A stretch of 64,000 nucleotides of DNA from contig MHCJ01000003.1 in assembly GCA_001816585.1 (NCBI GenBank), forward strand, positions 714,681 through 778,680. Reading direction: 5' to 3'. The DNA is from Candidatus Chisholmbacteria bacterium RIFCSPHIGHO2_01_FULL_52_32 (GTDB lineage: Bacteria > Patescibacteriota > Microgenomatia > UBA1400 > Chisholmbacteraceae). Of this stretch, positions 1-9,343 are shown one piece after another. The notes under the pieces were generated by a model. It saw only the letters and a program-made list of their open reading frames with translations, made no database searches and was not told the DNA's origin. Every line of letters begins with the position of its first letter. Within the stretch, counting starts at the first letter, position 1. The position numbers and the translations under genes were made by a program.

Positions 1-932
1 CTATTGTCCGCGGTGGCTGGCTTCCCCGGGGGTATTTGACGCATGTTTGTTATGGTTCTTTTCACCTTCTCAAGCGGCCAGTCATAACGAAATGCGCCTT
101 GAATGACAAGCGTATGCACCCCCTGATATTCCTCCCGGAATTCGCCCAAGGTTTCCGGGGTTAAATGCCCGCGAAACGGAAGGGCCCCCGGACCGATAAT
201 CGGGTAGACCGGGACGCCCGTTTTCTCCTCCACCTCCCGATATTGTGTCAGGGCTGCTTTGTTTGCCAATGTTGCCGGGATCATTCCCGAGTTTAAGGCA
301 GGATCGGACCGTGCGGAAAAGGGCCGGAGGTAGTCCGGGAACTTTCCGTATCGTTTTTTGTATTCGTAAAGGTAGCTTTGGAGAATGGTCCGGACACGGA
401 AGAGCGTTTCCACTTTTTCAAAGATGGGAATGACACCGACCTGCGGCATTCCGCGCAGGCGGAATTTAAACAGCGTGTGGTCGAGGTTTTCCAATTGGGT
501 ATAGGCTTCATGGATCGTTAATAAATCTTTCGGAGACTGTACCAATGGGATAATCACTTCCGTCAGCGGAGGGCTGTTGAGCCCGATTTCATAGGCAAGA
601 CTTTGTGCGGTTTTTAACGCGAACAGCGCCCGACCGATGCGGTAATCCCGCTTCGTATTGAGGTGCGGCAACCTGAAGGTGAGAAAGACGTCCCTCCCGA
701 GCTGTTTTTTGCGGAAGAACCTGAAATACTTCTGATATAACCGTTCGATGACCGCCTCGTCAACAAATTTTCCTTCCCAATCCCAGAGATATTCGTCCGC
801 TTGAAGCTCCGCAAACGAGCGATAGCACTCCTCTATTTCGCTTCTGGTTGAGATGAAGGCTGTTTTTTTCCAGTAGGGCACGCCGGCATGATCCGGATGC
901 TGAGCAATCATTACTTTCGGAGGCGTTTTCAT
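1..932 (-). CDS. ppcA: Archaeal-type phosphoenolpyruvate carboxylase, 3' end runs off the window
   Basis: Not in the ORF track because it has no stop in the window. Manual translation from ATG at 932 gives MKTPPKVMIAQHPDHA...YLWDWEGKFVD...ARSDPALNSG...PIIGPGALPFRG...IQGAFRYD, matching PpcA motifs. ATGA overlap with the upstream gene's stop. Confidence 0.88.
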   Translation of the reverse strand, partial: MKTPPKVMIAQHPDHAGVPYWKKTAFISTRSEIEECYRSFAELQADEYLWDWEGKFVDEAVIERLYQKYFRFFRKKQLGRDVFLTFRLPHLNTKRDYRIGRALFALKTAQSLAYEIGLNSPPLTEVIIPLVQSPKDLLTIHEAYTQLENLDHTLFKFRLRGMPQVGVIPIFEKVETLFRVRTILQSYLYEYKKRYGKFPDYLRPFSARSDPALNSGMIPATLANKAALTQYREVEEKTGVPVYPIIGPGALPFRGHLTPETLGEFREEYQGVHTLVIQGAFRYDWPLEKVKRTITNMRQIPPGKPATADN

Positions 933-2110
933 TCTTCCCTGAGAAACTCCCGTATTCTTTGTAATCCTTTGCGGAGCTGTCCCCTGTTTGCCGCAAAGCT
1001 TATCCTCATGAAGCCCGGAAAGGCGAAGGCTTCGCCGGGGACGACCGCGACCCCCTTTTTTTCAAGTAAGCGGGCGCACCACTGCGCGGATGTTTCTTTC
1101 CCGTTCAGCGCTTTTTTGATGTTTATAAAGACATAGAAAGCCCCTTTCGGCGGGACCGCCGAGAGAAGCGAGATCTTTCCCAGTTGTTCCAGAACCAGGT
1201 TTCTTCGCTTCTCATATTGTTTTGTCATCCGCTCAAGTTCCTTAGGCGTCCTGGTTATGGCTTCGAGCGCGCCGTATTGTGCTATTGAACATGTTCCCGA
1301 GGTCGTCAGGCTATTTAAGGCGGAAAGCTTTTGGGCCAGCAGCGGTGTCGTGTGGGCGTAGCCCACGCGCCAGCCGGTCATCGCATAGGTTTTGGAGAAA
1401 CTATTCACTGTGATCGTCTGCTGTCGGGTTTCCTTTGAAAGCGAGGCGATCGAGGTGTGCGACAGCTCATCGTAAATGAACTGCTCATAGACTTCATCGG
1501 CAAGTATATGAATCGGTCTACCGCGGAGGATCCCGGCGATGGCTTTGAGCTCTTCGCTCGGAATAACAGAACCGGTCGGATTGGATGGGGTGTTGACGAT
1601 AAGGATTTTTGTCCGATTAGTCAGATTCCGATGAACCGTTTCTGCATCAAGAACAAACGGCTGTTTGAGCGGCATGAGAACCGGTGTTGCGTCTGCCAAC
1701 CGGGCCTGCTCAATGAATGTTCCCCAAGCGGGGGTGGGGATGAGCACTTCATCCCCCGGTTCGCAGAGAAGCTGGAAGACAGCTGACAATACTTGTTTGG
1801 CACCCACACCGACAACCACTTCTTCCCAGGCCGCCGGTATGTGATTGACCCGCCGCAGTTTCCCGGCAATTGCTTTGCGGAGTTCTTTTACTCCTCCCGG
1901 CGGGGTGTAGTGTGTTAAGCCAAGATCCAAGGCCGCTTTGGCCGCTTTCCCAATCGACCACGGAGTTCTTCCGTCCGGCTCTCCGGCCGTCAGATTCACA
2001 ATGTCAACCCCTTGTTCTTTCAGCTGCTTTGCCTTGTCATTGAGGCTTAACATCGGCGATGGTTCCAAAAACTTTGCTCTATAACTTAATAATTCTTCCT
2101 GATTTTTCAT
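929..2110 (-). CDS. aspC: PLP-dependent class I/II aminotransferase (aspartate aminotransferase-like)
   Basis: Motifs AGEPD, NTPSNPTG, DEVY, SFSKTYAMTGWRVG. Start moved to MKNQEE (2110) because the longer ORF-track start lies inside the leader terminator. Confidence 0.88.
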   Translation of the reverse strand: MKNQEELLSYRAKFLEPSPMLSLNDKAKQLKEQGVDIVNLTAGEPDGRTPWSIGKAAKAALDLGLTHYTPPGGVKELRKAIAGKLRRVNHIPAAWEEVVVGVGAKQVLSAVFQLLCEPGDEVLIPTPAWGTFIEQARLADATPVLMPLKQPFVLDAETVHRNLTNRTKILIVNTPSNPTGSVIPSEELKAIAGILRGRPIHILADEVYEQFIYDELSHTSIASLSKETRQQTITVNSFSKTYAMTGWRVGYAHTTPLLAQKLSALNSLTTSGTCSIAQYGALEAITRTPKELERMTKQYEKRRNLVLEQLGKISLLSAVPPKGAFYVFINIKKALNGKETSAQWCARLLEKKGVAVVPGEAFAFPGFMRISFAANRGQLRKGLQRIREFLREE

Positions 2111-2278
2111 AAAAAAACCGTCGCTTCTTAAAGGGTCCAAGAAGGACGGTGCCACCTTTTGTTTATCTCGTTTCAGCTGTCACGGGCTCACCCGGCGTCT
2201 TACTTTCCTGCGCAGCGTTCCCACTTATTTTTTTGGGATTGTCTGTTGTCAGCAGACTCAAACGCTTTTTTACAAATT
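2111..2278 (-). promoter_or_regulatory. T-box riboswitch leader (atypical, short stem I), probably Asp-specific
   Basis: Antiterminator AAAGG-UGGCACC-GUCC-uucuu-GGAC-CCUUU. Mutually exclusive terminator ACCGUC-CUUCUU/AAGAAG-C-GACGGU followed by a U-run. AGUA and F-box-like CCGUGA elements upstream. Confidence 0.85.
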
Positions 2279-2284
2279 TTATGC

Positions 2285-2313
2285 ACTATATTCTTTATTT
2301 CTTACGATGTCAA
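2285..2313 (-). promoter_or_regulatory. sigma70-type promoter for the T-box/aspC/ppcA transcript
   Basis: TTGACA-17 nt-TATAGT on the minus strand. Confidence 0.8.
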
Positions 2314-2391
2314 CAGTCCCACTTGACAAGGCGGGGTGGGTTCGCTTATTATGTGTAGCTGTTGTGTATTCGCTTTTTATAAATATTTGCA

Positions 2392-2571
2392 ATGGCTAAA
2401 TCACAAGAAACAGCGGAACGCACGGACAGAGATTTTGAGCCGATCACCGATGGATCCGCGGAAGACTTGGCACGCGTTCGCTTCATCCATTTGGCATGGT
2501 TAGAACACGCGCTGTCCGCGGCGGCTAACGAGGAAGCTTTGAATAATCCTTCCGAAGATACGGATTCGTAA
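2392..2571 (+). CDS. Small acidic hypothetical protein (59 aa)
   Basis: MAKSQETAERTDRDFEP...NNPSEDTDS*, below the ORF-track cutoff. Preceded by TTGACA (2323) and TATTAT (2347); fills the gap before the recJ stop. Confidence 0.45.
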   Translation: MAKSQETAERTDRDFEPITDGSAEDLARVRFIHLAWLEHALSAAANEEALNNPSEDTDS

Positions 2572-2605
2572 CCTTCGTCATAGTGCTCGACTTTGACTCT
2601 CCCCG

Positions 2606-4318
2606 TTATTCTTCGCTCGGTTTGACGTCTTTCAGCTTTACCTGCAGAGTACTTTCTCCGTTCCACTCATTCGTCTCGATCGTAAAGGCAATGTCAATGG
2701 TCCTTTTGCCTTCGAGCGCCCGTATTTGCTCTCCCATGCCAAAACCGATTGCGGAAAGCCAGTGATCTGCCGAGGGCTGATTTCCGCGATCGGGCCCGAC
2801 CACCAATTTCAAGTGTTTTCCGTCGGCACCTACCTGACGCAGTGAGCGGGGGAAAACGCCTTTTGTTACAAACACCGGGACAGGATTGGCCATCCCGAAC
2901 GGTTCAAAGGCTTGGATTTTTTTGTACAATCCGTCTGTGATGTCGGAAAATGCGAGTTCACTGTCGACCTTCAGTGTTTTTTCCTGACGTTTCTTCCCTA
3001 AATGTTTACGGGCGGCCTGATGCATCCTCCGGGCAAAGACCTGGATGTGTTTTGTTTCAATGGTAAATCCCGCCGCCATCGGGTGGCCGCCAACATCAAC
3101 CAGGAGATCCTCGAACTGGCGGATCCTGTCGATGATATTAAATCCCGGAACGGAGCGGGCCGATGCCTTGGAAAGCTGTTGTCCGCGGGAAACGATAATC
3201 GTCGGCTTTGCGAATTCCTCTACCATTTTTCCGGCTATAAGCCCGATAATCCCTTCATGAAATTCCTCATGGTCAATGAAGATGAGTTGTTCTTCGCTTT
3301 TTCCGATGTTCGCGTACAGGGTTTTGGCTATCAATAGTGTTTCTTCCAAAAGCTTTCGGCGCTTCCTGTTCGTGTCTCCGATTCTTTCGGTCAGTTCTTT
3401 GGCACGCTGTTTGTTATGCGTGCATATAAGGCGTAATGCGTCCGTAGCTCTCTCGAGTCTTCCCATGGCGTTGAGGCGCGGGGCAATCATGAAGTTTATA
3501 TGGAAAGTGTTGATTTCTCCCGGGGAAATCTGCGCTTCCAAAAAAAGTTCCCGGAGGCCAATCCGTTTCGTTTCGCGTAATTCTTTTAGCCCCTCTTTGA
3601 CGATGGCGCGGTTTGCGCCAAGAAGCGGCACCATGTCTGCCACCGTGCCGATCGTTGCAAGGTCCAAGGAACTCCGGTGCGGCAATTTGGGAGTGAGCTC
3701 GGTTAAAAGCTCTCTAGCAAAAATCCAACTCACCCCTGAGCCTGCCAGCTTCGTGGTATGAATGATCGCTAAGGCTTTGGGAAGGTGTTTTGATTTCTCA
3801 TGGTGGTCACAAATCACCACATCAATGCCTTTTTTCTTGGCGTAGTCGACCCCGCTTTCGGCTACTATCCCGTTGTCAACGGTCATGATGAGAGTGGGCG
3901 TAGAGCGAAGGGCATAGAGCGAAGGGTTCTTGAGGATAGCATCGATACCTTTGATAGACAATCCGTAGCCGTGTGTTTCCCGATCGGGGATGAAGGGCAG
4001 TACGTTGGCGCCCGCTGAAAAGAGCGCTTCCCAGAGGATGGCTGCGGCACAGACGCCATCGGCGTCGTAGTCCCCATAAACTATGATCAGTTCTTTTGCT
4101 TTGATTGCCTTTCGTATTCGCGTAATTGCTTTTTTCAGTTCCCGTTTGTTTATGCCAACTTCCGTCAAGGTGATGGCTTGCGGATGCCGGGGTTTTAGAA
4201 ATTCCCGTACGTTTTTTGGGGACTTCAGCCCGCGGTTGCGAAGGAGGATTTTTATCACTTCCTCTTTTCGCTCACTTGGTGATTTTTTGGTAAGCTGTGA
4301 TTGGATTTGCCACTGCAT
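2606..4318 (-). CDS. recJ: ssDNA-specific exonuclease RecJ
   Basis: YGDYDADG, TVDNG, DHH, SARS, GGHPMAAG and EPFGMANP motifs. Confidence 0.95.
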   Translation of the reverse strand: MQWQIQSQLTKKSPSERKEEVIKILLRNRGLKSPKNVREFLKPRHPQAITLTEVGINKRELKKAITRIRKAIKAKELIIVYGDYDADGVCAAAILWEALFSAGANVLPFIPDRETHGYGLSIKGIDAILKNPSLYALRSTPTLIMTVDNGIVAESGVDYAKKKGIDVVICDHHEKSKHLPKALAIIHTTKLAGSGVSWIFARELLTELTPKLPHRSSLDLATIGTVADMVPLLGANRAIVKEGLKELRETKRIGLRELFLEAQISPGEINTFHINFMIAPRLNAMGRLERATDALRLICTHNKQRAKELTERIGDTNRKRRKLLEETLLIAKTLYANIGKSEEQLIFIDHEEFHEGIIGLIAGKMVEEFAKPTIIVSRGQQLSKASARSVPGFNIIDRIRQFEDLLVDVGGHPMAAGFTIETKHIQVFARRMHQAARKHLGKKRQEKTLKVDSELAFSDITDGLYKKIQAFEPFGMANPVPVFVTKGVFPRSLRQVGADGKHLKLVVGPDRGNQPSADHWLSAIGFGMGEQIRALEGKRTIDIAFTIETNEWNGESTLQVKLKDVKPSEE

Positions 4319-4376
4319 CTTCGCCCCCTTCGGGAATGAGTCTCGTTTCAGATGAGTTTATAATGGTGTTACACCG

Positions 4377-5810
4377 ATGATCGCTTTCTCTTTACCCTCG
4401 TTGGTCGTTCGCATTCTTTCTACACTGCACGAAGCTGGCTTTCAAGCCTACGTTGTCGGCGGTGCAATCCGTGACCTTATCCAGCAAAAGGAGGTCTATG
4501 ATTGGGATTTCACCACCGATGCGGTGCCTGATGAAATCATGAAACTGTTTTGGGAAAGTTTTTACGATAATACGTTCGGAACCGTACGCGTTTCCGGCAA
4601 GCATCTTGCCATTCAATTTGAGCAACCATCGTTGGGATCGGAGGATATGCTGTTTGATATCACCACCTTCCGAACCGAACACGGGTACAGCGACCGACGC
4701 CGGCCCGACCGGGTGGTGTGGGGGAAAAACCTTGAGGAAGATCTGTCCAGACGGGATTTTACGATCAACGCACTTGCGCTTAAACCCCAGTCGGACGAAG
4801 CGCTGGCGAAAGCCTTGAAAATGGTGAGGGTCTCTCCTGAAGTTTCCCTCGATACCGAGATTATTGATCTGTTTCAGGGTCAAGCAGACCTGGCACGGAA
4901 ACTCATACGGACCGTCGGCGATCCGAACATGCGTTTTAATGAGGATGCCCTGCGGATGATACGGGCAATCCGCATCGGTTCCCAGCTCGCCTTTTTCATC
5001 GAGGAAAAGACACTCACCGCCATTCAGCAGAATGCAAAGCTTCTGACGCATATCAGCTGGGAGAGAATCCGGGACGAGCTCCTGAAACTTTTCGCCTCAC
5101 CTTTTCCCGCGGACGGCGTGATGCTCCTTCATTCTTCCGGTCTTCTTCAATACATCTTGCCTGAGCTTATGGCGGGGCAGAAGATTCCCCAGGCCGGACA
5201 CCACATCTATGACGTTTGGACCCATTCCATTGAAAGCCTGCGCGGATGCCCCTCCACTGACCCAATTGTCCGGCTGGCAACCTTGCTTCACGATATCGGG
5301 AAGCCCCGGACTTTCCGACAGACGAACGGAAAGATTACCTTTTACAACCATGAGGTTGCCGGCGCGACGATCGCTCGGACAATTGCCCTGCGCTTGCGGC
5401 TTTCCAAAGCCCAGACGGAGAAGCTCGTGACGTTGGTGCGCTGGCATATGTTTGCCTACGCTCCGACAATGACCGATGCGGCAATCAGGCGGTTTATCCG
5501 AAGGGTCGGTATTGTCAATATCAACGATATGATGCTGCTTCGGGTGGGAGACAGAAAGGGCGGAGGGAGTAAGGCAACCTCGTGGAGACTGACGGAACTG
5601 CAGCGCCGGGTCGGTGAGCAACTCTATGAACCCCTGACCGTGAGGGATCTTAAGATTGACGGGCATGATGTGATGGAAGTCCTGAAAATCGGGCCGGGAC
5701 CAAAGGTCGGAGAAATCCTCAGCGTACTGTTTGAGGAAATCATGGAAGAAACGAAAAAGAACACGCGGGAGTATCTTTTGGAGAGAATTAAGGAGTTGGG
5801 TCAAAAATAA
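4377..5810 (+). CDS. cca: CCA tRNA nucleotidyltransferase / poly(A) polymerase family with HD domain
   Basis: VGGAIRD, DWD, RRDFTINAL, EDALRMIRAIR, LLHDIGK. Confidence 0.9.
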   Translation: MIAFSLPSLVVRILSTLHEAGFQAYVVGGAIRDLIQQKEVYDWDFTTDAVPDEIMKLFWESFYDNTFGTVRVSGKHLAIQFEQPSLGSEDMLFDITTFRTEHGYSDRRRPDRVVWGKNLEEDLSRRDFTINALALKPQSDEALAKALKMVRVSPEVSLDTEIIDLFQGQADLARKLIRTVGDPNMRFNEDALRMIRAIRIGSQLAFFIEEKTLTAIQQNAKLLTHISWERIRDELLKLFASPFPADGVMLLHSSGLLQYILPELMAGQKIPQAGHHIYDVWTHSIESLRGCPSTDPIVRLATLLHDIGKPRTFRQTNGKITFYNHEVAGATIARTIALRLRLSKAQTEKLVTLVRWHMFAYAPTMTDAAIRRFIRRVGIVNINDMMLLRVGDRKGGGSKATSWRLTELQRRVGEQLYEPLTVRDLKIDGHDVMEVLKIGPGPKVGEILSVLFEEIMEETKKNTREYLLERIKELGQK

Positions 5811-5831
5811 TTTTTTCCTCTGCAGTTGACT

Positions 5832-5965
5832 TAAGGGCCAAGGGTTTAGGGCGCAGGGTATGGGGAGAGGAAGTTAGAGGAGGTTAGAGGGGATTAGGGC
5901 CCCAGTGAGATAGGGCGGAGCCCATCTCACGGGGTCAGGGAGAAGTAAAGGGTGGTTAAGGGGGG
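5832..5965. repeat. Purine-rich periodic repeats (TTAGAGG/TAAGGG-like) around a hairpin repeat
   Basis: aagttagagg aggttagagg ggattagggc, at the convergent cca/secF junction. Confidence 0.7.
5900..5946. repeat. REP-like hairpin family A, copy 1
   Basis: CCCCAGTGAGATA-GGGC gga GCCC-ATCTCACGGGG-TCAG; recurs at 42717 and 50172. Confidence 0.85.
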
Positions 5966-6847
5966 TTAGGATTTTCTGCGCTTGAAATTCTCCCAAATCA
6001 CGAGTAAGGGCGCAGCGGTAAAAGTAGAACTATAGGTGCCGGTTACGGTTCCGATCAGGAGGGCCGTGGCGAACCAGCGGATGGTCACGCCGCCAAACAA
6101 TAGGAGAGCGGTAAGCATAAAGATAATGGTTAACGAGTTATTGAGGCTTCTTCCCAAGGTTTCGGCCACCGCTAAGTTCACAATCTCTTCATAGTGTGCC
6201 TGCGGATGACGTTTCCGGGATTCACGGATCCGATCATAGACCACAATCGTGTCATGCACGGAAAACGAGAGGATGGTTAAGACCGCCGTGACAAAAAGGG
6301 TATCCACCTCAACACCCAGAAAATGTCCGAGGAGACTGAAGGATCCTAAAATCACGAGCGTGTCATGGAACATTGCAAGGATCGCGCAGATGCCGTACTT
6401 CAGTTCTTTGAATCGGTACGCCACATAGATGAGTATCAGCAAAGCTGCTATGACTACCGCCATGACTGTTTTTTGTAAAAGCTCCCTGCCTATGGTCGGT
6501 CCCACCGATTCAAATCGCCTTTCCACGACTCCTCCAAGCTGTTCTTTTACTCTATCGGTGAAGGCGAGCTTTTGGTCTTCGGAGATCGGTTTGGTGCGCA
6601 ACATCACCGTTCCTTCGCCGGTCTGTTGAACCGCGTAAACCTCGACGTCTTGGCCCACCAGATCCCGGAGTGCCGATTCTGTGACCTGTTTACCTTCGTG
6701 CGGCTGAATTTCAAGCTCAATGAGGGCTCCGCCGGTAAAATCAATTGCAGGCCGTAATCCGAATCGAACCAGAGACCAGGCGCCCGGAAGAATCACCGCG
6801 AGAGAGAGTGCGAAGTAAAGCAGTTTAAAACGCATGAATCGTATCAT
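5966..6847 (-). CDS. secF: Protein translocase subunit SecF
   Basis: IDFTGG, VGPTIG, SVHDTIVVYDRIRE. ATGA overlap with the secD stop. Confidence 0.95.
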   Translation of the reverse strand: MIRFMRFKLLYFALSLAVILPGAWSLVRFGLRPAIDFTGGALIELEIQPHEGKQVTESALRDLVGQDVEVYAVQQTGEGTVMLRTKPISEDQKLAFTDRVKEQLGGVVERRFESVGPTIGRELLQKTVMAVVIAALLILIYVAYRFKELKYGICAILAMFHDTLVILGSFSLLGHFLGVEVDTLFVTAVLTILSFSVHDTIVVYDRIRESRKRHPQAHYEEIVNLAVAETLGRSLNNSLTIIFMLTALLLFGGVTIRWFATALLIGTVTGTYSSTFTAAPLLVIWENFKRRKS

Positions 6848-8301
6848 CGCCCACCCCGAATCTTTGCCAATATACGTCCGATTTTTGCACTCCATTGAAT
6901 TCCCCGGGGTTCGCCGCCTTGCTTTGTCTCATCTCTTTCATAGAGGACCCGCAAAAATGTCCGGGTCACCACGATACCGGTAAACAAGCTTATCAGTACC
7001 CCAATCCCCAGGGTCAGCGCGAAACCGCGCGCCATCCCGCTGGTGGGAAGAAATGTCCATTCGAAGGGATTGAGAAGAACGAAACAAGTGAGCAGGGTTG
7101 CCGTATTCGCGTCCTTGATGCTGTCCCAAGCCCGACCAAACCCCAATTCCATTGCCGCCCGCCACTTTTTTCCGCTCCTCTCCTCCTCTTTCATGCGTTC
7201 GAAGATTAAAATGTTTGCGTCAACCGCCATTCCGACCGATAAAATAAATCCCGTCAGTCCAGGGAGTGTGACGGTGATCGGGACGAGTTTATAAATTGCC
7301 AGGGTAATAATTCCGTAGACCAGGAGCGCAGCATCCGCTATTACCCCCAACCATCCATACGTTGCAGCCATAAAGAAGATGACGATGGTCAGCCCGATTG
7401 CACCCGCTTCGAGACTCTTGACTACCGAATCTTGTCCAAGCGTTGCGCCCACGCTTCGCTGTTCAATCACTTTGATGGGTACCGGCAGGGCTCCGGCGTT
7501 GAGCTGTATCGCAAGGTTCTTGGCTTCCTCGAGCGTGAAATCTCCGGTAATGACCGCATTCCCGGATGTGATTTCTTCTTGGACCGTGGGGGCGGTCAAC
7601 GGACTCTCATCGAGAAAGATTGCCAGTCGTTTTCCCACGTTTCTCGACGTAATTTGCGAAAATTTGTCCTTTCCTTCAGCGGTAAACGACAGCGCCACCA
7701 CAGGCTTTCCGGTTTGACTTTGATCAAACTGCACCTGAGCTCTGGCAAGATCTTTCCCCGTGAGGTTCGTCGGTTGGTATTTGATAATCGATGTTTCCGC
7801 TTCAAGAGACTCGGTTGCGCTTGGTTGGTTATTCTCTCCCGGTTCTTCCCGGAAGTCGAGCTGGGCAGTTTTCCCGATAAGGTCAATTGCCTGCTTCGTA
7901 TTTGCAACACCGGCCAGTTCCACGATAATCCGATATTGATCCTTATTGTTGGCGGTCTGGATGAGCGGTTCCGCAATTCCGTAGAGATCAACCCTCCTTG
8001 AGATGATTTCTTCGGAACTTCGGAGCGCATCTTCCCGATCTTTTTCCTCAATCCCCGACATGTCGGCTTCAAATACTAAGTGGGTTCCCCCTTTGAGGTC
8101 CAGGCCCTGATGAATTGTTAAGTCCCTTCGGAATCTTAGCTGTCCGACGCCGAGGTTAAGAAGAGGGCGGCGGATCACCGTATCGATCCTGAGAGGTCCA
8201 ATACCACCCCTGATCGGAAGCTCACCCGGAAGATCAATGATCAGCGCAACCAGGGCCAAGCCAATCAGGCTTAAGAACAGCTTCCGTGGTTTCTTATACA
8301 T
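6844..8301 (-). CDS. secD: Protein translocase subunit SecD
   Basis: GLDLKGG, LNAGALP, GMAVDANILIFER. Confidence 0.95.
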   Translation of the reverse strand: MYKKPRKLFLSLIGLALVALIIDLPGELPIRGGIGPLRIDTVIRRPLLNLGVGQLRFRRDLTIHQGLDLKGGTHLVFEADMSGIEEKDREDALRSSEEIISRRVDLYGIAEPLIQTANNKDQYRIIVELAGVANTKQAIDLIGKTAQLDFREEPGENNQPSATESLEAETSIIKYQPTNLTGKDLARAQVQFDQSQTGKPVVALSFTAEGKDKFSQITSRNVGKRLAIFLDESPLTAPTVQEEITSGNAVITGDFTLEEAKNLAIQLNAGALPVPIKVIEQRSVGATLGQDSVVKSLEAGAIGLTIVIFFMAATYGWLGVIADAALLVYGIITLAIYKLVPITVTLPGLTGFILSVGMAVDANILIFERMKEEERSGKKWRAAMELGFGRAWDSIKDANTATLLTCFVLLNPFEWTFLPTSGMARGFALTLGIGVLISLFTGIVVTRTFLRVLYERDETKQGGEPRGIQWSAKIGRILAKIRGGR

Positions 8302-8414
8302 ACCTCTTTTTTATTTTACATCTCCACTCTTTTGTGCAAAGGAAAGATTTCTTTCTATGATTATAGCGTGTCAAACGTGACTGTTCCTTGTGATTTGACG
8401 GGAGAGAAGGTTTT

Positions 8415-8627
8415 TTACGGTTTCTTTGTGACTGATGGCTTTTCCCTAAAGAGCCGAGTTTCAAGGGTGAGCTGTCTGGCTCCGGAGAAGGTATAGATTA
8501 CCCGTCCTTTTTCGGGAGCGGTCCGTACGTCCACCATATCCCCAACTTTCACCCCAACGCTTTTGACGAACTCCGCAGGTACGGTAACGGCGGTTGAATT
8601 TCCGGCTCGTATTACCTTTTTAAGCAT
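8415..8627 (-). CDS. AbrB/MazE/SpoVT family DNA-binding protein
   Basis: KVIRAGNSTAVTVPAEF...GVKVGD swapped-hairpin signature. Confidence 0.8.
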   Translation of the reverse strand: MLKKVIRAGNSTAVTVPAEFVKSVGVKVGDMVDVRTAPEKGRVIYTFSGARQLTLETRLFREKPSVTKKP

Positions 8628-8638
8628 ATCCTGGTCCC

Positions 8639-9226
8639 CTATCCTTGGCCAACGAGCTCATCCTCGTTTCCGACAATCATGATTCTTGACCCGCCCAAAA
8701 TGCCCAAGAGGAAGGGATCGCGACGACTACGACGGAATTCAAATTCTTCCGTAGTCATGGCCGTGTAGTTTATTTCCTGACCCCTTCTTGCTTCCTCCTC
8801 CCGGATGAGTGCAGCAAGTTGGGGAAGTACGACGCTCCCGACAATCAACACATCCACTTCATTTTGCTGTCTTTCCTTCCTGCGGACGAACCTCCCTGAG
8901 AACATCACCAACTTCAATTTCCCCAGCTTATTTCGGTTTTTACGGATGGCGCCACCGAGACCTGAGGTTTTTGCAACCAATTGGAGAAGTTCCTGATAAA
9001 AGGAATAGTTTTTCCGCACGAAGTAATACAATCTGTTGCCCCGAGGTTCGCTCTTTATCAAGCCCCTCCGCTGCATGCGCTCGAGTTCTCTTCGAACCGC
9101 GTTGATTTCTTCTCCCACTTTCCGGGTGAGCTCCCTGACGTAGAACATGTCTTGCGGGTCCTGGAGAAATACCTTGAGAAGTTTTGCCCTTACCCTTGAA
9201 ACCATGAAGTCAGAAAGTTTTGCCAT
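8639..9226 (-). CDS. Winged-helix regulator fused to a nucleotidyltransferase-like domain
   Basis: N-terminal YVRELTR..EEINAVRREL wHTH; C-terminal FSGRF...EVDVLIVG...INYTAMT. Confidence 0.7.
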   Translation of the reverse strand: MAKLSDFMVSRVRAKLLKVFLQDPQDMFYVRELTRKVGEEINAVRRELERMQRRGLIKSEPRGNRLYYFVRKNYSFYQELLQLVAKTSGLGGAIRKNRNKLGKLKLVMFSGRFVRRKERQQNEVDVLIVGSVVLPQLAALIREEEARRGQEINYTAMTTEEFEFRRSRRDPFLLGILGGSRIMIVGNEDELVGQG

Positions 9227-9343
9227 CGGTGTTCTCCTCAATGTCGGGCAGAAGCTTCGTATGGCGAGGCCGCTTGTTGACTTTATTTCCTCAATATTGC
9301 GATGCGGCTCTTATCCGATCGGTTGAAGCAAGGGTATTGTACA

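Noticed and set aside
4392-5804. Long antisense ORFs (e.g. 4392-5051, 5097-5804, 12206-13027, 47475-48089)
   Set aside because: Shadow frames opposite well-supported genes with no recognisable motifs.
5900-5946. Integron attC site
   Set aside because: No RYYYAAC/GTTRRRY boxes, no integrase, and the copies flank housekeeping genes.
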